Under the pieces are notes generated by a model. The model had not been told where the DNA came from. It was given only the letters and a program-made list of their open reading frames with translations, and did not search any database. The position numbers and the translations under genes were made by a program. Shown piece after piece: positions 18,720 to 26,867 of a DNA stretch of 45,985 nucleotides. Origin of the DNA: an uncultured bacterium (GTDB lineage Bacteria; DYJV01); NCBI GenBank assembly GCA_964543655.1, contig CAZIZE010000053.1, positions 1 to 45,985 of the forward strand. Direction: 5' to 3'. The first letter of the stretch is position 1, and each line of letters starts with the position of its first letter.

Positions 18720-19487
18720 TTAATCTATCTTTTTTAACAAACATAGCACAAAAAGTGAAAATATAGCAGGCTGTATATTTGTTAAAATTTTTTCTATAAA
18801 AATCAGAGGTTTATAATAATATTTTACAATATTTAAAGGTATTCTAAATATCATTGAAGAGTTTACAAGAAGATATGCAATGTTACCACCATACACTGTT
18901 TTTATAATTTCAAATTTATTGTTAAACTTTCTCTTAAATAATGAAATATCAATAGATTGCTCATTTTGCTCAAAGAATTTAGGGTCAGTTTTGTACCAGA
19001 GCCTTCTTAAAAGATCAAATAACGATTTATAATTTGGTTCCCAGCAACAGAAATAACCATCTGGTTTTAAAATTCTATGAATTTCAATTAATCCTTTTTC
19101 TACATTTGGATGTAGATGATGCAGAGAATCTGTAATAATTATGTCAAAATAGTTATCTTTAAAATCTGTATTTAATATTGAGGCACAGATAACTTTATTT
19201 TGAGGAAACTTTTGCTGGTAAATTTTACAACACTCTTCTGATATATCAAGTCCAACTACTTTAGCTCCTCTTTTTAATAAGTAGGTTGTTGCTTCTCCAC
19301 CTCCACACATTGCATCAAGTGCTAATTTACCTTTTAATTCCATGTTGTTAAAAACCATATCATAAACCCAGTGTCTATACTCAAGAGCATATGGACTTGC
19401 ATAATGTTTGTCATACAATTCAGCTATGTTGTTATAATAACTTTTTTGAGTTACTTCAATATCAGTAAGATTTTCTTTTTTTTTCAT
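18720..19487 (-). CDS. Class I SAM-dependent methyltransferase
   Basis: LDAMCGGG motif I, GLDIS, FDIII...LHH, RILKPDG. Confidence 0.9.
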   Translation of the reverse strand: MKKKENLTDIEVTQKSYYNNIAELYDKHYASPYALEYRHWVYDMVFNNMELKGKLALDAMCGGGEATTYLLKRGAKVVGLDISEECCKIYQQKFPQNKVICASILNTDFKDNYFDIIITDSLHHLHPNVEKGLIEIHRILKPDGYFCCWEPNYKSLFDLLRRLWYKTDPKFFEQNEQSIDISLFKRKFNNKFEIIKTVYGGNIAYLLVNSSMIFRIPLNIVKYYYKPLIFIEKILTNIQPAIFSLFVLCLLKKID

Positions 19488-19505
19488 AATAGTTCTCCTT
19501 TTTAA

Positions 19506-20762
19506 TCAGGAAAAGATAAATTTTTTCCCTAAAAAATAGAGCATTACATTTTGAAATGTAAATACAATTCCTGTTGCAATTGCAGCACCTATTAAATTAA
19601 AATGAGGTATTAAAATTGAATTTAAAGTAATATTTAAACTTATGCTAATTAAAATGGTCATAGAAAAATACTCTGGCTTTCCAGCAAGATTAACAAAGCC
19701 GATAAATGGTTGAATAAAAGATGTACAGATATTAAAACCAATTAATATTAAAATAACATGCCAGCTTTTAAATACAATCTCCCTGTCAATATGAAGAATT
19801 TTCCCAAAAACAAATGGGTAAATGGAAACAATGGTGATTCCTGCTGTAATTATAAATGGAACATATCTCTTCCTGAATTGCCTGATAGTTTTTACTATTA
19901 TTTCAGGTTCCTTTTTGAAAAAAGCATTTCCAATAATAGGCTCAATATTTTTTCTTAGAACATAGTACAACATTGAGAAGCCATCTGCAATCATAGAGGC
20001 AAAACTATAAATCCCAATAGATTTTTCACTTAAAAAGTAACCTATCATTAGAATATCAATTTTAGTGTTTGTTTCCATTAATGCACCACCCCACAATCCT
20101 CTAAATCCAAAAGAAAGATGGGTTTTTATCCATTCTATATCAGGCATTTGAAATCTATTTACATAGTAGAAGAAATACACAACCAATATTAAAAATATTG
20201 TAAATTCAGAACAGCTAAATATCAATCCTAAAAGCTTATCTGGAATAGAAACAAAATAAAATATTATTAAATAAAAAAGTAAGAATATATATCTAATTCC
20301 ATTAAAAAAGGAATATCCCCTTATATTATTTAGCCCAATTAATCCCATTAATAACACTTTGTTTAAAGAAAAGAATAAAATAGCTGGCAACATGCTCAAA
20401 AATGGATAGGTGAAATCTCTAATATTAAATTGATTTAATATATGATTTGAAAAAGTATAAAGTAGAGAGATAATAATCAGTGAAATTACTATAACTATTA
20501 ACATAGCAGAAGTTACAACATTTGAAGCAAGTTTTTTATTAGAATGAAAGTGGGTGTTATATTTTAACACAGAGAGATGAACTCCTGCTGTAGAAAATTG
20601 AGAAATAATAATCAGGAATGAAAGCAGTAAATTGAATTTCCCTAAAAATTGAGCATCATATTTTTTTATTATAAAAGTATTTATTAAAATACCACAAAGA
20701 CCTAATGTAATAAAACTTAAAATAGTGAAAAATACATTTAAATCTAATTTCTTAGTATCCAT
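19506..20762 (-). CDS. Wzx/MOP-family oligosaccharide flippase
   Basis: 418 aa, ~12 TM, 'DILMIGYFLSEKSIGIYSFA', 'LNSILIPHFNLIGAAIAT'. Confidence 0.88.
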   Translation of the reverse strand: MDTKKLDLNVFFTILSFITLGLCGILINTFIIKKYDAQFLGKFNLLLSFLIIISQFSTAGVHLSVLKYNTHFHSNKKLASNVVTSAMLIVIVISLIIISLLYTFSNHILNQFNIRDFTYPFLSMLPAILFFSLNKVLLMGLIGLNNIRGYSFFNGIRYIFLLFYLIIFYFVSIPDKLLGLIFSCSEFTIFLILVVYFFYYVNRFQMPDIEWIKTHLSFGFRGLWGGALMETNTKIDILMIGYFLSEKSIGIYSFASMIADGFSMLYYVLRKNIEPIIGNAFFKKEPEIIVKTIRQFRKRYVPFIITAGITIVSIYPFVFGKILHIDREIVFKSWHVILILIGFNICTSFIQPFIGFVNLAGKPEYFSMTILISISLNITLNSILIPHFNLIGAAIATGIVFTFQNVMLYFLGKKFIFS

Positions 20763-20778
20763 AAGAATATCCGTTAAA

Positions 20779-22716
20779 TTAATAAAGTTTTGGCATTTTA
20801 TCTATAACTTTAATAACTTCGTCAAAATCAAGATTAATCAATTGTAAATATTCTCTTATTGAGTCCCATCTGGGTCTATTTTCACTTTTAACCTTTTTTA
20901 GAGCTTCTTCACGTGTAATCTGCCCCATTCTAATCTGATTGCTTCTTAAAGTGTCATTCTCTGTAAATCCTGCAACAGTATAGTAAATGTAATTGTAGAA
21001 AGCAGCTGTCCCATCTCCTATCCTCCATGTGGATGTGGTATCAGGAGCAACTTCCCAATTATACTCCTTTATTAATGTGGTGTTTATTTCATTTTCATCC
21101 CATGGAATGTAATCGTATAAAAATAGATAATCTTGTTTTATAAAGTAGTAGCTGAAGTACCCGAAAATAGTGTCAAAAATAGAAAGATTCAGATAAGATG
21201 GATTTAATAAAAATTCTTTTCCATAATAGAACGCTAATTTTACCCTTTTAAATAGGTCTATTTTATAATATTTACTATCTTTTCTTTTTTCTGGAGGCAC
21301 ATTTGCAAAGCCTGTTTTAAACTCAGTCTTTTCAAGGGGATTTTGAGAAAAAAACATTAGCTCTATTCCTGTGTGCTTCATTAATTGATTGGCAAAATAG
21401 AAAAATTGCTTATCTCCAGCGATAAATATTGGTATCATACCAAGTCGAGGCCGTTTTAACCAGGCTTTTACATTTTTGGCAATATTTCTTCTTTTCCATT
21501 TAATATCTGCTGATACCCATATATGCTCAATTCCCAATTTCCCGGTAAGTCTGGCTTGATTTCTTCTTGCAAGATTATTAACCATTCCCCAATCATAAGT
21601 GTAGGCAATGGGGTGCATTTGAAGTTCTCTTTTTATATAATGCAATGCAAATGAGCTATCTCTTCCACCACTAAATGCAACAATACAATCTGGTCTTCCA
21701 TTCTCTTTTCTATGTTGAGATAAAATTTCTTCTAACTTCTCCTTACCTTTTATTTTTGGCTTTGAAAAATTTTTACAATAATTGCATACTCCATCTTCAT
21801 CATAATGAATAAATGGCATGGTCTCTGGTAAAATACATTTTGAGCATCTTTTTAATTTATTTCTTCGTTCTTCTATTTTGTCATATTTATCTTCTATTTT
21901 TCTATTCTTTATTAAATTAGAGGTTACTATAATTTGTTTATTTTTATTTTTAATAAAAAATTTTTTATAGTTTAAGGTGCCTAAATCAACACTTACTATT
22001 TCACCTGCATTTATATGATATATTTCACTCTCACTTTTAATCCCTTTTAATTTATTCCTGCCTGCCAATGCTTGCTTTGCAATGTATTCTTCAGAAACAA
22101 ATAGAAAATCTGAATCCTGCTTAATAAAGTATAGTGAGCCAACATTTGTAGCAAGAATCAATATATTGTAATTTTCAAAAAGAATTGCAACAGATGCTTC
22201 ACCTTCAATTTCATTAAAAGTTTTTCTAATAGCATCTATTAAATTATCACCTTTATTTAAAAATATCTTTATTAAAACAGGAAAAAGCTCAGAATCAAGT
22301 TCAGATACCCTTTTAATTGATTGATGTTTTTCCCACAACTCATGCTCATTTGTAATAATGCCATTATGTACAACAACTATTCCATCTCGTTTAAAAGGTT
22401 GGTTATTAACATCAATTGCCTGTAATCCATTGGTAACTAAACGAGTATGGCCAATTACAGCAAAGTAATCTTTATTCTTAATTCTATTATAATTTCTCAT
22501 TAAATATTCTAAATAATCTTTTGTTTTTATCATTTTATGAGCTGGTAAAGAATCTTTATATATATCAATTACATTTTCAGAAACAATGGCTAATCCTGCT
22601 GCTTCTTTTCCTCTTGTTTCTGACATAAGAAATAATTTTTTTAAATTATTTCTCAGATGATTATATTCAAATGGCAACTTGTTTAAATGGTGAATAAAAC
22701 CAAAAATTCCACACAT
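20779..22716 (-). CDS. Class II glutamine amidotransferase fused to WbpG-like N-acetyl-sugar amidotransferase (PP-loop)
   Basis: N-terminal MCGIFG, GHTR, HNGIITN, DSE; C-terminal CSKCILPET...CNYC and SGGRDS PP-loop. Confidence 0.85.
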   Translation of the reverse strand: MCGIFGFIHHLNKLPFEYNHLRNNLKKLFLMSETRGKEAAGLAIVSENVIDIYKDSLPAHKMIKTKDYLEYLMRNYNRIKNKDYFAVIGHTRLVTNGLQAIDVNNQPFKRDGIVVVHNGIITNEHELWEKHQSIKRVSELDSELFPVLIKIFLNKGDNLIDAIRKTFNEIEGEASVAILFENYNILILATNVGSLYFIKQDSDFLFVSEEYIAKQALAGRNKLKGIKSESEIYHINAGEIVSVDLGTLNYKKFFIKNKNKQIIVTSNLIKNRKIEDKYDKIEERRNKLKRCSKCILPETMPFIHYDEDGVCNYCKNFSKPKIKGKEKLEEILSQHRKENGRPDCIVAFSGGRDSSFALHYIKRELQMHPIAYTYDWGMVNNLARRNQARLTGKLGIEHIWVSADIKWKRRNIAKNVKAWLKRPRLGMIPIFIAGDKQFFYFANQLMKHTGIELMFFSQNPLEKTEFKTGFANVPPEKRKDSKYYKIDLFKRVKLAFYYGKEFLLNPSYLNLSIFDTIFGYFSYYFIKQDYLFLYDYIPWDENEINTTLIKEYNWEVAPDTTSTWRIGDGTAAFYNYIYYTVAGFTENDTLRSNQIRMGQITREEALKKVKSENRPRWDSIREYLQLINLDFDEVIKVIDKMPKLY

Positions 22717-22717
22717 A

Positions 22718-24913
22718 TTATCTCCTGTTTTTAAATTTTTTTAGCTTTTCAAGATATTGTTTCCTATCCATCATTTTCACATACTCTCTGTTATCAATTT
22801 CATAAATAGTTGCCAGTTCAGAGGAAAAATATATTTTTATGTTATTGTGATATTGAGAATATATATTTATCCAAGCTTTTAAATTTTCCATAAGATCTTT
22901 TCTCCATCTGTAATACCATTCATTTAGCCCTTGAAAATTTGTATTTGGAATATTTTCAACAATTATAAAAATATACTTTGTATCTATTGGTAGATATGGT
23001 GCATAAGGGTTGTATTTTTGCAAAAAAGTACCAATATTAATATGGTATCCTTTATCAATAACTTTTGAAAAAGATTGCACAAACCCAACAACAGTAAAAG
23101 TGTAACCTTCTCTGAAAGTTTTTATTTTACTTAATGCAAGGGCAATTGAATTGTATTGAATATTATTAACATATTTAAAAAAAAGATCTGTGGAATTATA
23201 TGTTGGAACAAGAATCAATGAACATGCAATAAATATTGTTACTATAAACATGTTAATCCATTCTGCAAATTTTTTAAAGATAAATTTTATTACTCTTTCA
23301 AATGTATGAAAATATAAACCACTGTTAATTGCAGTAGCAAGGAATAAATAATCAGCACATCTTACCTGAGATACAACTCTTGGAAAGCCAAGGTTTGCAA
23401 AGTTAAAAATCAGGAGAATACCTATAGTGGCAATTGAAAGTGATGAAATTATAAATCTTTTCTTTTTAAAAAAAATTATGGATAAAAAGTAGAAAATCAA
23501 GAAAAGAAAGAATATAAATAGCTGGACTTTATAGTAGACTATGAAAGTTGTAATCTCCTTACCAGCTTCAAGAAGCTGTTTCTTCTGATTTGCTGTGTGG
23601 AATATTTTGTCAAGTATTGGAGCTGCGTTACCAAAATCTTGGGGAATACCATATTTTAACCATGAAAATAACCACATATTGCCAAATATTGCAGGAATAA
23701 GAATTGCCAGGCTTCCTCTTTTTAAAACTTTAAAATTAATTTTACCAAATATAATGGCATTAAGAAAAACTAAGAAACTTGATATAACGAGTAAAATTGC
23801 TCCACCACCATGAAATGTAAAAATGCAGAAAAGAGTACATGCATATAAAATAAAGTATTTTAATTTTTTTTTAAAAAAACATTGTATAAGGAAAAAAATA
23901 TTTAAAAAAAAGAATGAAGATGAAAACTCATATGCTAATCCTGCATTTAACCTTGCCCATGGAGAAGAGTTTATATCAATTAATTCCTTTTTTAATTCAG
24001 GTGATAAATTACCAAATGTTGCAAAATATATTTTAAAGTTAAAAATATGTAAAATAGGTGGGTTTTCTGTGGCTAACACATGTCCGGTAAGATATTTTGA
24101 AATTGGAGAAAGACAGTAAAGAATATACACAGATATTGCAAAAGTTGCACTGAAATGTGAATCAGTGGTTTTATAAATCACATAATATATTCCAAGCAAA
24201 ATAAATATCAAAAGCAAACTTGGATAAACTGAAAAAAGTATAACTGAATCAATATGGCTGATAATTTGTAAAAAAAATACAAAAATTGCCTGACCATAAA
24301 AATCTGCCCCACCTGTTTTATGGTCAGCATAAAGAATATTTTTTTGAAGATTTGCAACCCATTCAATAAATTGAGAAACATCTGGAGCTTTATTGCTAAG
24401 GCTAAAAAAATTAATAAGATTAATATCATATATTGCATAAACAAAAAATAGAAAAATAAAGGTATTTCTAAAAAATTTAAAATAATTTATATTTAAATTC
24501 TTTATTTTTTTGATTTTCAAATATTTTTTCTGTGAGAAGTATAAATAGAAGTCATCTAATTTTCTTAAAATTTTAAAAAAGAAAGGTGGATATGCCTCTC
24601 TAACCATTTTAAAAAAATTTTTTTTATAAAAAATATAAATAAGAGCTGCTTTAATTAGAATAAAAGCTAAAATTAAAGTAACAATGGAATATATTTTAAA
24701 AAATACAAGGAAAGGAAGAACTGCAAGAATGGTAGCAACCATATAAATAATATTATACATAAGTTTATCAAGGGGATCTTTAATATGGTCCTGCGGGAAA
24801 ATATACTTTGGCAAGATAACAAAAACAAAAAAAGAAATTAAGAGGAGTTTGTAAAAGTTAAAATTTGTTATTTTGAATACATTAGTAAATTCACTAAAGT
24901 CAACTATCAACAT
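22718..24913 (-). CDS. Large polytopic membrane protein, GT-C-like; paralog of 10132-12309
   Basis: 731 aa; shares YIFPQD, FTFHGG, GIPQxFGxAAPxLDK, LGFPR, NIQYN, DKGxHIN, EWxxRW, YEIDNR with 10132-12309. Confidence 0.6.
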   Translation of the reverse strand: MLIVDFSEFTNVFKITNFNFYKLLLISFFVFVILPKYIFPQDHIKDPLDKLMYNIIYMVATILAVLPFLVFFKIYSIVTLILAFILIKAALIYIFYKKNFFKMVREAYPPFFFKILRKLDDFYLYFSQKKYLKIKKIKNLNINYFKFFRNTFIFLFFVYAIYDINLINFFSLSNKAPDVSQFIEWVANLQKNILYADHKTGGADFYGQAIFVFFLQIISHIDSVILFSVYPSLLLIFILLGIYYVIYKTTDSHFSATFAISVYILYCLSPISKYLTGHVLATENPPILHIFNFKIYFATFGNLSPELKKELIDINSSPWARLNAGLAYEFSSSFFFLNIFFLIQCFFKKKLKYFILYACTLFCIFTFHGGGAILLVISSFLVFLNAIIFGKINFKVLKRGSLAILIPAIFGNMWLFSWLKYGIPQDFGNAAPILDKIFHTANQKKQLLEAGKEITTFIVYYKVQLFIFFLFLIFYFLSIIFFKKKRFIISSLSIATIGILLIFNFANLGFPRVVSQVRCADYLFLATAINSGLYFHTFERVIKFIFKKFAEWINMFIVTIFIACSLILVPTYNSTDLFFKYVNNIQYNSIALALSKIKTFREGYTFTVVGFVQSFSKVIDKGYHINIGTFLQKYNPYAPYLPIDTKYIFIIVENIPNTNFQGLNEWYYRWRKDLMENLKAWINIYSQYHNNIKIYFSSELATIYEIDNREYVKMMDRKQYLEKLKKFKNRR

Positions 24914-26823
24914 TAATAAATGTTTTTACCAGACAAAATATATAGTTGAATGGCAGTTGCATGTAAAAAACTGTCATTTAAAAACTTTGCCCTTAATGAA
25001 TCTGTATATACTTTTAATGAATCTGAATATTGCTTATATGTCCCTTCTCCTTTTAAATATCGTGCATAACTGATATCTAACCTTTTCTTTAAAATTTTGT
25101 TCTGCATATTGTATATATCTAATTTTAATTGAAGTTTTTTATAAGATGTGTAAAGTTTATTAATTGTAAGTGCAAGTGTCTTGATTTTGCTTGCAACCCT
25201 TAAAGCAGCTTTTGTAACCTGAAACTTTTTCTGGCTGATTTTAAGATTGGTATCATTTCTATTATAAAGTGGATATGTTGCTCTGAACCCCACCTGCCAT
25301 TCAAAACCTTTTCCTGAGTTTTTTGTCCCTTCCAACTCAGTTGAGTAACCATAGCCTCCATATGAAAAAAAGTCAAAATTCCATCCTTTTTCAGCAGCAG
25401 CAAGTGCAAGGTCGCTTTTGGATAATTTATATTCTTCTTGCAATTTTGCCAATTCTTTGTTCTGGCCAATTGCCTCTTTTTGTAAAGCCTGAACAGGCTC
25501 TCTAATCTCTTTATAAACAGGATCATACAGATAAACAGTTTTTGGTGAATCAAGGTTAATACTCTGTCTAAAAAGGTATTCTTGCTGTAAAAATTGCTCT
25601 CTAATATCACTTACAGCTATTTCAAGGTTATAATAATCATTTTGTGTGTCTATTGTTTCATAAATTGAAGTTGCATCTCCAGTTTCAGATTTGATTCTTG
25701 CAAGGTCAACCAATTTCTCCTGCTGAGTTAAAAGAAAGTTGTATTTATCTATTATTTTTTGCAAATACCATAAATTAAGATAAATCATAGAACCATTTAT
25801 TAACAATTTATCTCTTGCACTTAAAAGGTTAAGCTCACTTAATCTTTTAAAAATTATTTTTCTTTCATTATTGTAAAATCTTTTCTGTGCATCATAAATA
25901 TGCCAGTTAAAATAAAGCCCTGCTGTTGCATCTAATGATGCATAATTTGTGGCATTACCTACATTGTATGTTTTTCTAACAGTGGTACCTGCCTGAAATG
26001 AGAGACTTGGATTGTACCTGTCTGATTCTATTAAGGAATTTATCAAATAAAGTTTCGAATCATACTTGCTTGATTTAAAATCAAGATCACTTTTTTCTAA
26101 AAGAGCAAAATACCTTTTTAAAGAAAATATCTCATATTCAGAGTTGGACTTGTTATTAACTATATTTCGTGTGATTTCTGTGTCAAATTTGTTCATACTT
26201 TCTTGAAGTAGTTTAGCACTTAATGGAATTGAATTTTTATTGATAGTTTTTTTATTTCTATGTTGCTTTTCTGGAATAGTTTCTATGTTTTTATTATTTT
26301 CCACTTTTGCTACTTTAATTTGTGGTGCAGGTTTTCTAATAACCTCAACTGATGGTGGAGCCTCTTCTGCTTTTTTTATATGCTTTGGAACCTGATTGCT
26401 GCTAACTGAGGAGAAATGTGGTTGTGAAACCTTCTCTATTTCAGGTTGATTTTGCTCTATATTTTCTAATTTTTTAAAAGTATGATTAGGTAAAATTTTT
26501 TGAGATTGCTCAATATGATATTTTCTTGCAAAAGCTTTTGGAAATTCTGGCTTAAAATAGGTTACATTTCTACAAGCCTGTGAAAAACTTGAATAATCTC
26601 CACAGCAAATTCCATAAAATTTCCCATTGGCTCTTGGCTCAATAATACAATCATTCCTTGATGTAACAAATGAAGACAGTTTCCTATTATTCCAGATTAA
26701 GTTGATTTCATTTTTTGGATAAGCAGCAATTTGAACACAATAATGGTTGTTAGCTAATATATGACCTGTATATAAAGTAAATGAAACACAGATAATCGCT
26801 ATAAAGCAGGTTATTTTTTTCAT
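24913..26823 (-). CDS. TolC/OEP-family outer-membrane protein with N-terminal SPOR-like domain and low-complexity linker
   Basis: Signal peptide; YCVQIAAY...FPKAFAR SPOR-like segment; P/Q/E/K-rich linker; two repeats of helix + beta strands ending 'FNWHIYD' and 'ATYPLYN' as in OEP repeats. Confidence 0.72.
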   Translation of the reverse strand: MKKITCFIAIICVSFTLYTGHILANNHYCVQIAAYPKNEINLIWNNRKLSSFVTSRNDCIIEPRANGKFYGICCGDYSSFSQACRNVTYFKPEFPKAFARKYHIEQSQKILPNHTFKKLENIEQNQPEIEKVSQPHFSSVSSNQVPKHIKKAEEAPPSVEVIRKPAPQIKVAKVENNKNIETIPEKQHRNKKTINKNSIPLSAKLLQESMNKFDTEITRNIVNNKSNSEYEIFSLKRYFALLEKSDLDFKSSKYDSKLYLINSLIESDRYNPSLSFQAGTTVRKTYNVGNATNYASLDATAGLYFNWHIYDAQKRFYNNERKIIFKRLSELNLLSARDKLLINGSMIYLNLWYLQKIIDKYNFLLTQQEKLVDLARIKSETGDATSIYETIDTQNDYYNLEIAVSDIREQFLQQEYLFRQSINLDSPKTVYLYDPVYKEIREPVQALQKEAIGQNKELAKLQEEYKLSKSDLALAAAEKGWNFDFFSYGGYGYSTELEGTKNSGKGFEWQVGFRATYPLYNRNDTNLKISQKKFQVTKAALRVASKIKTLALTINKLYTSYKKLQLKLDIYNMQNKILKKRLDISYARYLKGEGTYKQYSDSLKVYTDSLRAKFLNDSFLHATAIQLYILSGKNIY

Positions 26824-26830
26824 TTTAATT

Positions 26831-26859
26831 ATAATAGCAATTTATATCATAAAAGTCAA
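26831..26859 (-). promoter_or_regulatory. Sigma70-type promoter of the polysaccharide operon (possibly leaderless)
   Basis: TTGACT (26859-26854), 17 nt, TGc-TATTAT (26836-26831), then 7 nt to ATG 26823; no Shine-Dalgarno. Confidence 0.65.
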
Positions 26860-26867
26860 ACAGTTTT

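Noticed and set aside
20779-22716. glmS
   Set aside because: The Ntn domain is followed by a PP-loop domain rather than SIS domains.
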